From a virus (Duplodnaviria > Caudoviricetes), in the IMG/VR virus record IMGVR_UViG_3300049201_000008, positions 1 to 64,000 of that record: a DNA stretch of 64,000 nucleotides; one strand, given 5' to 3'. Of this stretch, positions 1-9,402 are shown one piece after another. A program made the translations under genes and the position numbers. The notes beneath the pieces were generated by a model. That model saw only the letters and a list, made by a program, of their open reading frames with translations, was not told the DNA's origin and did no database searches. Position 1 is the stretch's first letter; each line of letters starts with the position of its first letter.

Positions 1-76
1 CGGTTTGGGAGGAGGAAGCCCGCCGACGCACTCCGGCTACGGAACGAGGCAATCCGCAGCCGAAGCTGCGAACTGC

Positions 77-340
77 TTAGGTGATAGCAGTCGGGGCAGC
101 GACCGTAGCGGCAGAGCCGGAGACAGACGCGACCTGGTAGATTTTCCACTTCGGGCCAGTGGTGGCGACGACGAATACAGGGTCGCCAACTCGCATGCCC
201 TTGTCGACGCCGTCCGAGAAGTAGCCGGCACCCACGATAGTGGCGTCGGCGTCGGAGGCCGTGGTGTAGTGGAATGTCCGATGGAGCGAAGCGCTCATCG
301 GGCAGTGCTCGACAGTGAGGTTTGCAGGTACATAAGCCAT
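77..340 (-). CDS. Capsid cement/decoration protein (BPP-1 Bbp16-like position)
   Basis: 87 aa, Ala/Thr/Val-rich with motif GYFSDG..KGMRVGD, directly downstream of the major capsid gene. Confidence 0.65.
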   Translation of the reverse strand: MAYVPANLTVEHCPMSASLHRTFHYTTASDADATIVGAGYFSDGVDKGMRVGDPVFVVATTGPKWKIYQVASVSGSAATVAAPTAIT

Positions 341-353
341 GGTTCAGACCTCC

Positions 354-1199
354 TTATGCCGTGGCCGCGAAGGCAGAGCCGTCGTGACGGATCTTGACAA
401 CGCCTGCGTTCTGGAGAAGGGCCGAGCCCATGAAGAGCGTCGTACGTGCCCAGGAGTAGTCGTCTTCCTCGTCGTAGCCGACCTTTGCCACCATCTCGTT
501 GGTATTGGCCGCATGACCAATGGCGTTGCGGTGATAGGCGAAGCAGACTTCCGAAGACGTGCCCTTGTTGGGCAGGTTGCCGTTGACGATCACGTTGAAA
601 CCGCAGAAGCGCGTGTAACGGCGCATCGGGCCAACGAGCGGCTGGACATCGACGTAATCACGGCTCGACCATTCAGGGGCCTGAATGATGTACGAGTAGA
701 AACCCGGCGTGATCACGAAGAAGAGGTTGCTAATGTCCTCGGTATCGATGTCATTGTTGCCGAGGAGCGCCAGCGCATAGGCGAAGGTCGAAACCGACGC
801 TGGCAACGCTGTCGTTCCAGCAAACTGTGTCGCGGTTGCCAGGCAGGTGATGATATCGCTGTCGATCTTCCGATTCATCACCTTCATGGTGGTGTCCTGC
901 ATGATCCGCTTACCGTCGCCTTGGGAGGCGAAGATATTGAAGCCCGTCTTCTTGGGCTTGTCGTGCCACTCAACCAGCGTTGCCGTGGAGGTGGTGAGGT
1001 TGTCGGCGCGGGACGGGATGTTGCCGTTGATGCCGCGCGTTACGGCAGTCGCGCCGCCGCTGTCGGCAACCAGAAACCGAGCCTGGTTGCCTTTGATTTC
1101 CGCCTCAGTAACCACTGTGGAGCGGAGGTACGATTGACCTTGCTCAAAGCCAGCGATTGCCTCTTGGCGGTACTGAATTTGAAATGCGCTATCAGCCAT
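354..1199 (-). CDS. Major capsid protein
   Basis: 281 aa; N-terminus QIQYRQEAIAGFEQGQS and C-terminus GSALLQNAGVVKI typical of this podophage capsid family; follows the scaffold gene. Confidence 0.85.
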   Translation of the reverse strand: MADSAFQIQYRQEAIAGFEQGQSYLRSTVVTEAEIKGNQARFLVADSGGATAVTRGINGNIPSRADNLTTSTATLVEWHDKPKKTGFNIFASQGDGKRIMQDTTMKVMNRKIDSDIITCLATATQFAGTTALPASVSTFAYALALLGNNDIDTEDISNLFFVITPGFYSYIIQAPEWSSRDYVDVQPLVGPMRRYTRFCGFNVIVNGNLPNKGTSSEVCFAYHRNAIGHAANTNEMVAKVGYDEEDDYSWARTTLFMGSALLQNAGVVKIRHDGSAFAATA

Positions 1200-1397
1200 T
1201 TCATGTACCTTTCAGGAGTTGATCTTGGGTTTGGGCCGGATCGAGAAAGGGAGGCCTGAGCGCATAGCGGGGCCGCCGGAGCGGGGAAACCGTTCACGTT
1301 CAAGAGCTTGTCGATTGGCGTGTTGGGGTAGTGTTTGCTTCCTATGGAGCCGGTTACGGGGAGGCCATTGTCTGCAAATGATCAGCGGGATACACCG

Positions 1398-2405
1398 CTA
1401 TTTCTTCGCGCGCTTTTCCTCGCGTTCGAGGAGCGCCGCATATTTCTTATCGTAACCGTCGCGGAAGTAGCGCGCGCGATCGGTCTTGAGGATGTTTTCG
1501 ATTTCAGCCTTCTCCGAGTTGTGGTTCTTTTCGCTGTCGGGATTGGCGAAGACGGAGTCTCCGAACCGTTCCCGGCCTTGATCAGACGCCCACTTTAGGA
1601 ACTCAGGATTTGAGCCGAGCAGCCGGCCGGTAGCATCACGCAACCCTGCCCATCCATCGACGCCGAGCGGGCTTTCATTGAGAAAGCGCTTGGCAAGCGT
1701 CATGTTGCCCTTGAACTCGCCCTGCCAGTCAAGGCGAAGCGCGTCTTCAGTCTCTTCGCGATGGCCGCTATCGGCTTCCGTCTGTTGCTCCATGGCCGCG
1801 GCTTGCTGCTGCACATACCATTCCGAGGCGATCGAGACGACATCCGGACGGGCACCCTTCGCGTGGGCAAATTCGGTGAAATTGGCGAGTACCGGCTTGT
1901 CGGCATCGGTGAGATGTTTGGTGACCTCATCCGGCAGCTTGTAGTCTTCCGGCTTGTCCGGAATGCCTTCCTGTTTCTTCCACTCAGCCATCGCCTTGGC
2001 GTCGGACTCGTCCGGCTTGCCGCGCTGGAACTTGCCTTGGGCTACGGCTTGCTTGAGATCGTATAGCGCCTTGACAACACCAGAGCGCGAGCCGTAGCGA
2101 CTGAGAAGCTTCAGGTATTCGTCGTTCTCGCCGGCATCTTCTTCGCGCCAGTTTGCGGTGGCTTTTTCGCCATCAGCCTTCTTGCCAGTGCCGTCCGCAG
2201 CCTTGTCGGCGTCCTTGCCCGGCTTGTCGTCCGCCGCGCTCTGTGAGCCCTTATCGGCGGCCTGTGCACCGGTCTCAGTTCCGTCCTTGCCAGCACCGGC
2301 CGCAGTGTTGCCATTGGCGGCTTCCGTTGTCGGGGTCGTCTCAGCGCCGGCTTCCGTGGTGCTGTCACCATCGTCCGCCAGCAGTGCCGTTACTGCATCA
2401 GCCAT
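1398..2405 (-). CDS. Capsid assembly scaffolding protein
   Basis: 335 aa with acidic low-complexity N-terminus and helical C-terminus (GIPDKPEDYKLP), between portal region and capsid. Confidence 0.75.
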   Translation of the reverse strand: MADAVTALLADDGDSTTEAGAETTPTTEAANGNTAAGAGKDGTETGAQAADKGSQSAADDKPGKDADKAADGTGKKADGEKATANWREEDAGENDEYLKLLSRYGSRSGVVKALYDLKQAVAQGKFQRGKPDESDAKAMAEWKKQEGIPDKPEDYKLPDEVTKHLTDADKPVLANFTEFAHAKGARPDVVSIASEWYVQQQAAAMEQQTEADSGHREETEDALRLDWQGEFKGNMTLAKRFLNESPLGVDGWAGLRDATGRLLGSNPEFLKWASDQGRERFGDSVFANPDSEKNHNSEKAEIENILKTDRARYFRDGYDKKYAALLEREEKRAKK

Positions 2406-2685
2406 TTTCTTTTGCCTCGTTCGATTTCGTCTGTTGCCTCTTCGCTATGCGCCGGCCGACTTCCGCCGATGCGAGCGGGACCAGCGATTGAGCAACCGCC
2501 AGCCGTCCAAGATTGAAATCCGTCTCACGGCGCCCATCCTCGCCAGGGACGAATGAGTTTTCACCCACGCCACAGGCCTTCCGCCAGATTAGTTCGATTG
2601 CCTTCTGGTGGGCCGGATCGCGCAATAGGGAGCGGATCAGCAAGGCCTCGTCATCGGTCCAGTTGATTGCTAGGCGCTTGATCAT
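2398..2685 (-). CDS. Bbp19-like phage protein
   Basis: 95 aa; SFVPGEDGRRETDFNLGRLAV motif; conserved position upstream of scaffold. Confidence 0.6.
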   Translation of the reverse strand: MIKRLAINWTDDEALLIRSLLRDPAHQKAIELIWRKACGVGENSFVPGEDGRRETDFNLGRLAVAQSLVPLASAEVGRRIAKRQQTKSNEAKENG

Positions 2686-2689
2686 GTGG

Positions 2690-2968
2690 TTACTGCTTCA
2701 CAAGCGCCGGCATCAGGATCGCCGGAGCACCGCTCATCTGCAGTTGCTGGTCAATGCCGGTTTCCATGTTGGCATCCACGGCCTGCTTGACGACACGGCG
2801 GTTATTGCGGCCCTCGATATGGCCGATCGCCCTGCCCGTCATGTAGCCCAGGCAAATCACGATCTGCTCCACGCTCATTGGTGTATGTGTCGTGAACTGC
2901 TGGATTGTTTGGTTGAGGGCCTTCATCAGTTGCTTTGAGCCCTGATCAGCTTCAATTCTGTTGTTCAT
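2690..2968 (-). CDS. Hypothetical protein (start re-assigned to MNNRIEADQ)
   Basis: GAGG RBS upstream of ATG at 2968; 92 aa. Confidence 0.55.
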   Translation of the reverse strand: MNNRIEADQGSKQLMKALNQTIQQFTTHTPMSVEQIVICLGYMTGRAIGHIEGRNNRRVVKQAVDANMETGIDQQLQMSGAPAILMPALVKQ

Positions 2969-2970
2969 GG

Positions 2971-3159
2971 TCACACCCACCTCGAATAGCTGATCTGGAA
3001 CCATGCCCAGCGAGCCCACCATATCGTTTCGCCGTTGGCCTTGGCGCATGCTGTGAGGTTCTTCTTGTGGACGAACCGAGGTTTCAGCCAAAACCCGAAG
3101 GGGTTTAGTGACAGGCTGATCCGAACGGCGCGGAGCGGGTAGGGGATAGGATTGCGCAT
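2971..3159 (-). CDS. Hypothetical Trp-rich small protein
   Basis: MRNPIPYP... ~62 aa fills the gap between neighbours on the same strand; start overlaps the upstream stop region. Confidence 0.45.
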   Translation of the reverse strand: MRNPIPYPLRAVRISLSLNPFGFWLKPRFVHKKNLTACAKANGETIWWARWAWFQISYSRWV

Positions 3160-3161
3160 AG

Positions 3162-3899
3162 TTAGAACTTCCGTTCCGCTTCCATGCGGCGGAGGCATTG
3201 CTCCGGAGTTTCATTAGGGCGAAGCCCATAACTGCAACCGGTGCAGCCACCCTTCCAAGAGCCGGAGCGCTCACCAACCTCATCGCTGAAATTGACAGCG
3301 ATCGTCCGCTGGACATTGGCAAAGACGCCAGTCCACTTCAGCCAGTGTTGCCGCCATTCACGCTCCTCGACATTGACCATCGCGGTGCGCTCTTGGACCT
3401 CGCCGGAGCGAAGGACATAGCGATATGGATACTCAGCCCGCCATTCGTTCTCATCGATGAACCGGCGGCGCTCCTCTTGAGCGGCCCAGCGGGCCTCGGA
3501 ATTGGCAAGCCTTTCGCTGCTAAACTCATGCGACCACGTGCCGTCCTTGAGCAGATTGCTAGAACGAACGCATGTTCCGGACGCCCACGGCATGTCGATG
3601 ATCTTGGTTCGAGCGCCCCAATTGAAATGCACGGAACGATCGACTACCGAGAAGCCCCACGACAGATGCGGCGCATCCCAGGACTTTGGCTTATGCCGGC
3701 GGATTGGCAGTTTGACGAAAATATTGGGCCACCCGAGATGGATATTGAGCCCATAGCGAGAACCCTCGTCACCGTAATGATAGGCGCTCAGCCCAAGGCC
3801 GGGACGCCAACTCAGTTCGACATTGCGGCTACGCAGTCCTTCCCGACTGAACTCGAATATCCCGAACCAGCGGTATGCATATGTTGAAATGAACGACAT
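3162..3899 (-). CDS. Hypothetical phage protein
   Basis: 245 aa, aromatic-rich, same strand as operon, between portal and scaffold. Confidence 0.7.
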   Translation of the reverse strand: MSFISTYAYRWFGIFEFSREGLRSRNVELSWRPGLGLSAYHYGDEGSRYGLNIHLGWPNIFVKLPIRRHKPKSWDAPHLSWGFSVVDRSVHFNWGARTKIIDMPWASGTCVRSSNLLKDGTWSHEFSSERLANSEARWAAQEERRRFIDENEWRAEYPYRYVLRSGEVQERTAMVNVEEREWRQHWLKWTGVFANVQRTIAVNFSDEVGERSGSWKGGCTGCSYGLRPNETPEQCLRRMEAERKF

Positions 3900-3921
3900 C
3901 TGGGACGCCTCTTTCCCGTTG

Positions 3922-5574
3922 TTAACCTAAGCCTGCCTGCGATATCCCTGCCTGCTGCAGCGCAAGAGCACCCTCACCGATGTTCTTCGCTGTGGTGGCG
4001 CCTGCATTGGCAATCGCCGCAGCCTGGACGAGATCGGCCTGTTCCGCGTTCTGCTGGTCGATCTCAGCCTGTGCGTCGTCATCGACAAACCAGTCAGGTT
4101 TGCCGCCGGCACCGCGGACGGCGTCTTTCGTGGCCTTCTTGAAGTCGAAACCCTGAACGATGCTCTGATCCTGTGTCGCGCTGACGCCAGCCGCCACGAT
4201 CTGGACGGATTCCTGAAACGCCGAGACCGTCTGCCGGCCTTCGAGCGTGTTCAGCGGGCCTTCGAACTGGAATGTGAGATCACGCTCCCTCAATGCATCC
4301 GGCGGTGGATCGAACGATTTGTTTGCCAGCATGAGATCAAACGTGACCTCAAGCATCTTGAGGTGATATTCGCTCTCGATCGGCCCGAAGAACGGGAGTG
4401 CCGCCCTGCGGTATTCGTCAAGCCGGACCTGCGTTTCAAACGCCGTCATCTCGCGGGCATTCGGCAGCATCAGCTTGTTGATGAGGAACGATTCCGCGAT
4501 CAGATTGCGGATATCCTGCCGCATTTCAACGCCGAACCCGACATTGCCGCCCTCGTTGAGGACTTGCATGACGTCCTGGAGTTTCTCTCCGTTCAGATCC
4601 ACCATCGTGAAGCCGCCGGCATAGAGATTGATGTCGTTCTTGAAGACGTCGCCGGAGCCGACAGTCGGCGGATCGACGGCCTTTTCCCCCTGTTCGAGGA
4701 GGATTCGCGCCATCTCCTGCAGCATCCGTCCATCAGCGAGACAATTGATAGAGGCCGGGGAAAACCCGATCGAGATGTTCGACAGCGAGCGCCACCGCGG
4801 CACGATGTAATTGAATACCGGGGTGCCGCCTTGGCCGAGAATTGTATTGTGCTCGCAGGCCACATAGAGCGAGACGATCTTGTTGCGGCCGAACTTGCGC
4901 CGCATCGCCTTGTCGTCGTTGTACATGTCCTCGACAGGCATCAGGATATGGCGGAGCTTGAACTGTTTGTCCGGCTCCTTCTCGCAGCAGTTCTTGATTT
5001 CCTGCGGGCAGGTTGTCGGCCACCGCTTCTTGATGTTTCGCGCCGACATCATCAGATTGCGTTGGTGGTGGTCGATCTGGCCGTCAGCGTCCATCATCCA
5101 GGCATTGTCGCGTGGATGCCATGCCTTGTAGAGCAGCCCGTTGCGGTCCTTGTTTTCCTCGACGGAGACCACTGGGTTGCCAACAGACACCCAGTCGTGA
5201 TCGGCCTCGATGGTGCAATTCACAAAGTTGGCGCGCGGGCTGTACATCCCCTTGCGCATCTTGTGCTTGGCGCTGTCGAACCAAGCCATGTTCGACGGGT
5301 CTTCGTCTGTCTCCTCATCGCCAGTGGAGACCTTGAACCAGTCACCTTGACGAAGGACGGCGTGCGGCATGTTGCCGAGGGTTTCGCGGGCCTGCACCAT
5401 GAACGAGTCCATGAGGTTGCCCTGGAAATCCTCACCGGGCGAAAGCGTCGTGGTGTAGTCGGCTCGAAGCGGATGGCAGAGCTCGCATATCTCCTGCCGC
5501 AGATCGTTCCACGGCTGAAGCTTTGAGAAAAGGCCGTCGCCGATCCGCACAAGTTCCTTGGCTCTGCTGTCCAT
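3922..5574 (-). CDS. Portal (head-tail connector) protein, T7 gp8/Bbp21-like
   Basis: 550 aa; motifs PRW..S...GFSPA...LAD.RMLQ, KAVDPP, MTAFE...R.DE typical of podophage portals. Confidence 0.9.
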   Translation of the reverse strand: MDSRAKELVRIGDGLFSKLQPWNDLRQEICELCHPLRADYTTTLSPGEDFQGNLMDSFMVQARETLGNMPHAVLRQGDWFKVSTGDEETDEDPSNMAWFDSAKHKMRKGMYSPRANFVNCTIEADHDWVSVGNPVVSVEENKDRNGLLYKAWHPRDNAWMMDADGQIDHHQRNLMMSARNIKKRWPTTCPQEIKNCCEKEPDKQFKLRHILMPVEDMYNDDKAMRRKFGRNKIVSLYVACEHNTILGQGGTPVFNYIVPRWRSLSNISIGFSPASINCLADGRMLQEMARILLEQGEKAVDPPTVGSGDVFKNDINLYAGGFTMVDLNGEKLQDVMQVLNEGGNVGFGVEMRQDIRNLIAESFLINKLMLPNAREMTAFETQVRLDEYRRAALPFFGPIESEYHLKMLEVTFDLMLANKSFDPPPDALRERDLTFQFEGPLNTLEGRQTVSAFQESVQIVAAGVSATQDQSIVQGFDFKKATKDAVRGAGGKPDWFVDDDAQAEIDQQNAEQADLVQAAAIANAGATTAKNIGEGALALQQAGISQAGLG

Positions 5575-5575
5575 A

Positions 5576-5806
5576 TCAGCCGAAAATCCTGTGCCAGACG
5601 GCCTTTAATCCGCCCACCGGCTTGGGAGCATCATCGACATAGATGATTGCGCGCGGGTCATACGGAGGCCCGGCCATGGCGATGGCCTTCTCGAAAGCCG
5701 ATCGCTGTGACGCCGGAACGTACATCTTCACAGCGGGCTCATGACTTGCCTGAATAGCCTTCCAACTCACCGTGCCGGTGAGATAGGTCACGCGATACGG
5801 CTCCAT
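5576..5806 (-). CDS. Hypothetical protein
   Basis: 76 aa, tightly coupled to neighbours. Confidence 0.6.
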   Translation of the reverse strand: MEPYRVTYLTGTVSWKAIQASHEPAVKMYVPASQRSAFEKAIAMAGPPYDPRAIIYVDDAPKPVGGLKAVWHRIFG

Positions 5807-6018
5807 CAGCTTTGGCCCAGCAAACTATTCTTGTATGCATTCCCGCCGCCGCCATTGTAGTTCTGGCTCGGGCGGGTGAGGATCGTGCTGTCACGGCCGG
5901 TACGGGAGAGTGCAGCGCGACGGGCTTGTTCTGCGGCTGCCCTGACTGCAGGATCGTTCGCGTCTGCCGGCATGCGGGCCGGAGGCGTGACTTTTGGTTT
6001 CGAGAACAGACCGCCCAC
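5806..6018 (-). CDS. Small virion-associated protein preceding portal (MGGLFSKPK...)
   Basis: GTG start at 6018 after GGAAGGA; MGGLF N-terminus and RTGRDSTILT motif typical of pre-portal proteins. Confidence 0.7.
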   Translation of the reverse strand: MGGLFSKPKVTPPARMPADANDPAVRAAAEQARRAALSRTGRDSTILTRPSQNYNGGGGNAYKNSLLGQS

Positions 6019-6019
6019 T

Positions 6020-6217
6020 CTACTGATCCTTCCATGCTTTCCACGCGTCGATAAGTGCCGCCCGCTGCGCTTCAAGGCCAGCCGGATCGATCGATATCTT
6101 GACCGTGTTGGAATTGGTGATGACGTTGAATGTGTCGGGCTGCATCTTTGGAGAAACCGCCACGATCTGATCCAGGTCGATGATCATGCCGTTTGAGAGT
6201 TCGTAGAAACGATCCAT
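6020..6217 (-). CDS. Hypothetical protein
   Basis: MDRFYELSNG, 65 aa, directly after terL. Confidence 0.6.
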   Translation of the reverse strand: MDRFYELSNGMIIDLDQIVAVSPKMQPDTFNVITNSNTVKISIDPAGLEAQRAALIDAWKAWKDQ

Positions 6218-6218
6218 C

Positions 6219-7574
6219 TCAGTGCCGCATCCGTTTCTTGAGGGCCGCATGGCCCAAATTCACCTTTGGTGGCATGCGGGCCATTTCCCCGAAATCGCGC
6301 TTTGTCATACCGGGGAAGAGCGAAGCCAGTCCCCAGATCATTGCGTCTGCCCGATCAGGCGATTTCGTGCCGATGTAGCCGGCCGTTGTCATCGCTTCGA
6401 GTTGGGCTTCAAGTTTCTCAAAGCGGCCGACAAGCGAGACTTTTTGCTGCTCGAATAGCGCCGCGATCGGTTCGGCGCGGGCTATCTTGCCACGGCTCGC
6501 CTTTACCTCCCTGAATGGGACCGGCGTTTGAATGAGCCGATCGCTATCCGAAGCAGCGGAGCGGACGATTTCAGCAACCATCGCGCCGCCGAAGTTGGTC
6601 TCCGCCACCACAGCATCGGCCTGATGCCGGTCAAAGGCAGCAACGACCGCTTTGCCCCACATAGCCGGAGCCATGCGTCCCGAGAGGTCTTCGAGGATAT
6701 ACCCCCTGCCATCTTTACCCAAGCCGCAAACGATAATCCCGACTTCGTCCGATCTGGTGTCTTCCTCGCCAGCCACGCCAGAAGGATCAACAGCAATAAC
6801 GATGCGAACCATCTCAGGCACTTCGCCATCAAGGATTCGCTGCTGGTCGAGCAGTTCAAGAGACCAGAGCGCGCTTTCAGACGTGTCCGCGAACTGACCG
6901 AGCCAGAACCGGCGGCGCTGGGCCTCTGGGAGATTTTGAAGCTCCTCTAGCGTTTCCTTCGGCAGGTTTTCCTCGTTATCCTGCGGGTTCATCAGGATAG
7001 CGTTGTAATTGAACGGGTTCGGAATTTGCGTCTTGCGGTCAGGATCGCGCTTGTTGAGGAAAAGCTGATATGTCCAATGCGCCATCCCCGGAGGGTTGGC
7101 GTCGTAGTACATTTTCAGCCTAAGCGGCGTCTTCTGCGCAAGGCGCGTCACCGCCATGTTGCGCGATGCCCACGGGATTTGCGAGCACTCGTTCAGATAG
7201 ATGGTGGCATATTCCTGCCCGAGAATTTTTTCCGTCCGCTCCTTGTCGTCCAGTCCGCCAAACCAGATTTCCGACCCGTTCGGAAGCGTCAGATACCAGT
7301 CCGTTTTGTCCAGTTTCGACTTCTCGGCTACGCCAGGGAAACATAGTTCCATGACCTTCGGCAGCGTGTCGAGGATGACGGACGATTTGATATGGTTGAA
7401 CCGATAGCGTAGCGCGGCATGACGGCTCTTGTGGGCCAAGCCACGAATGATCAGTGCCCGCATAAAGCCGAACGTCTTGCCGGAGCGGGCGCCGCCGTAA
7501 GCCATGATGTGCGTTGCGTCAGAGCCGCAGAGTTCAACCTGCTTCTGCTGGCGCTTCGTCAGACTGAACGTCAT
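6219..7574 (-). CDS. terL: Terminase large subunit
   Basis: 451 aa; Walker A GGARSGKT, Walker B-like IYLNE, nuclease AVDPS...DEVG and PDRADA. Confidence 0.95.
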   Translation of the reverse strand: MTFSLTKRQQKQVELCGSDATHIMAYGGARSGKTFGFMRALIIRGLAHKSRHAALRYRFNHIKSSVILDTLPKVMELCFPGVAEKSKLDKTDWYLTLPNGSEIWFGGLDDKERTEKILGQEYATIYLNECSQIPWASRNMAVTRLAQKTPLRLKMYYDANPPGMAHWTYQLFLNKRDPDRKTQIPNPFNYNAILMNPQDNEENLPKETLEELQNLPEAQRRRFWLGQFADTSESALWSLELLDQQRILDGEVPEMVRIVIAVDPSGVAGEEDTRSDEVGIIVCGLGKDGRGYILEDLSGRMAPAMWGKAVVAAFDRHQADAVVAETNFGGAMVAEIVRSAASDSDRLIQTPVPFREVKASRGKIARAEPIAALFEQQKVSLVGRFEKLEAQLEAMTTAGYIGTKSPDRADAMIWGLASLFPGMTKRDFGEMARMPPKVNLGHAALKKRMRH

Positions 7575-8149
7575 AGGAGATTGGCGTCGTCACTGCTGAA
7601 AGTCAGGTTGACGTTGCCTGTGTGCTCATGCTTCTCGACAAACATTCCGAGGTGCTTGCCAATATCCACCAAGGCGGCGCGTTTGTCGTGAAACTTGATC
7701 TTCATACCGCCATTCGCGTTTTGGCTGATCTCGCTGATTGCGGCGGCCGTTTCGTCATCAATATCCTCAGACGCGACGATCTCTACTTGGTTGGTGACTA
7801 TTCGCTTAATCACCGCAACGTCGCCGCCGTCTGGATTGTCCTCTTCTGTGGTTAGGGCGGAATGCCATTTAACCGCTTTGCGGATGTCACTGAAGCCGAT
7901 CTTGGCGAGTTCCTGAAGGACGCGATCAGCTGTGATTTCGGTGCGGTCAGCCCGAATTTTCATTGCGGCCGAGACTGCGCGCTCGATTTCAACATTCTTC
8001 AACAGTCGCTCGCCTTGGGAATACGCCGTCTTGGCGCTGTATCCCGCCCGAATTGCGGCCTGTGTGGCGCTCAGATCGATGAGATATTCACGAACGAAGG
8101 CGCGCTGCTTCGGCGTCAGTTCGTTTTCCCAATCACCGGCGGCGGCCAA
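7571..8149 (-). CDS. terS: Terminase small subunit
   Basis: LTPKQRAFVREYLIDLSATQAAIRAGYS signature; overlaps terL start. Confidence 0.95.
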   Translation of the reverse strand: MAAAGDWENELTPKQRAFVREYLIDLSATQAAIRAGYSAKTAYSQGERLLKNVEIERAVSAAMKIRADRTEITADRVLQELAKIGFSDIRKAVKWHSALTTEEDNPDGGDVAVIKRIVTNQVEIVASEDIDDETAAAISEISQNANGGMKIKFHDKRAALVDIGKHLGMFVEKHEHTGNVNLTFSSDDANLL

Positions 8150-8153
8150 CGTG

Positions 8154-8444
8154 TCAGCCCTCTACCTTCGCCTTGCCGTTCAGGACGAAGGAGGCGAGAG
8201 CGTCGGCGGCGTCGATGGCATGCTTTGCGCTTGAGATATGAGCGACGCTCATATGCTTGGCAACCAACCCGACACACGCCATGCGGACGTCTTGTGCGCT
8301 CATGCCATCCTGCGGCGGCTCTGCATTTGAGACGGCCAATCCCTTCACCAACTCCTCCAGGGCGGCGATCTTAGCGTCTTGCTCGCGGATGCGTATGAGA
8401 CCGTCTCGCTCGCGAAAGGGATCATCGTAATTGAAGTTTGCCAT
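8154..8444 (-). CDS. Hypothetical protein
   Basis: 96 aa, immediately upstream of terS. Confidence 0.6.
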   Translation of the reverse strand: MANFNYDDPFRERDGLIRIREQDAKIAALEELVKGLAVSNAEPPQDGMSAQDVRMACVGLVAKHMSVAHISSAKHAIDAADALASFVLNGKAKVEG

Positions 8445-8493
8445 GTTTGCCCCATTCTGCCTTTCGGCGGTGCCTTGTTGAAATTACATCCAA

Positions 8494-8538
8494 TTCACTT
8501 GTACGCAATACAGTCTTCTTGTATATTCAAGCAAGTGA
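8494..8538 (+). promoter_or_regulatory. Sigma70-like promoter (TTGTAC-17-TATATT) within inverted repeat TTCACTTG/CAAGTGAA
   Basis: -35 at 8499-8504, -10 at 8522-8527; 8-bp inverted repeat flanks it; AT-rich. Confidence 0.55.
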
Positions 8539-8558
8539 AAATCATACAAGGATTCGAT

Positions 8559-8750
8559 ATGCCACCAGAAGCTTTCATGCGCTGGCTTGCGGAGATGAAA
8601 GCCGCCGGCCTCGCTAAATCAGATGCGGAATGCGGACGTCTTCTTGGCGTCTCTGCGAACGCTATTGTTCAAATGAAAAAGACAGGAACCGATCGCCGCA
8701 CTGACCTTGCGTGCCGCGCTCTACTTCACCGAATGGAGCCCTATAAATGA
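8559..8750 (+). CDS. Small HTH DNA-binding protein
   Basis: MPPEAFMRWL...CGRLLGVSANAIVQM; 63 aa; AAGGA upstream. Confidence 0.7.
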   Translation: MPPEAFMRWLAEMKAAGLAKSDAECGRLLGVSANAIVQMKKTGTDRRTDLACRALLHRMEPYK

Positions 8751-9178
8751 CCGAGTACGTCTACTTTGTCACACGCAAAGGCCGCAATGACGAACCCATC
8801 AAGATTGGCTGGTCATATGACATCGCCGCGAGAATATCGCAGTTGGAGCGCCCATTGCCGTTTAGTCTCGAATGCGTCGAGTACATCGAGGTGGTTGACG
8901 GTGGCGCGTGGGTCATTGAATCTGCCCTTCACCGCCACTTCAAGTCAAAGCGAATAAAGGGCGAATGGTTTGACATCCGCAAGGATGAAATCTTTCCAGC
9001 CGCCGAGATAGTGAGCGCTGATCTTGGCTGTGGCGTGATTGAAGCCTTTGATCACAAGGGGATTTTGCCCCCTCCAGGGAGAGAGAAGGCATCGACAGAT
9101 GTTACTCCTGCGCGATTAGTAATTGAAAAGGACTTCGGTACGCGTGTGCGGACCATACTTGCAAAGGCCGATCAATAA
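8747..9178 (+). CDS. T5orf172/GIY-YIG-like nuclease domain protein
   Basis: YVYF...IKIGWS..IAARISQL...ESALHRHF...RIKGEWF. Confidence 0.85.
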   Translation: MTEYVYFVTRKGRNDEPIKIGWSYDIAARISQLERPLPFSLECVEYIEVVDGGAWVIESALHRHFKSKRIKGEWFDIRKDEIFPAAEIVSADLGCGVIEAFDHKGILPPPGREKASTDVTPARLVIEKDFGTRVRTILAKADQ

Positions 9179-9204
9179 CTCCGCGCAGATGGTTGAGGCG
9201 GCAG

Positions 9205-9402
9205 CTATCGCAGGAGCCGCGCTCGTTCACGCCAAATCATCTGCACCTTCTGCGCCGTCGAAAGTTCCTGGCTCACGAGCAAATGAGGAGGGACGACAAA
9301 CGACCGTCTGATATCCTCTCTCGCCTGCTCAACAAATTCGATGAAACTCATCAGATCGGATGACACCGCCGGCAAGTGGATGAGTTCAGCGCCTTGGCTC
9401 AT
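9205..9402 (-). CDS. Hypothetical protein
   Basis: 65 aa; IRRSFVVPPHLL; overlaps upstream gene. Confidence 0.55.
   Translation of the reverse strand: MSQGAELIHLPAVSSDLMSFIEFVEQAREDIRRSFVVPPHLLVSQELSTAQKVQMIWRERARLLR

Noticed and set aside
4363-5526. 387-aa plus-strand ORF
   Set aside because: Antisense shadow of the portal gene.
6219-7574. Inactive terminase because Walker B reads YLNE instead of hhDE
   Set aside because: All other motifs are intact, and LNE is a variant I recall in this terminase group; insufficient evidence of inactivation.
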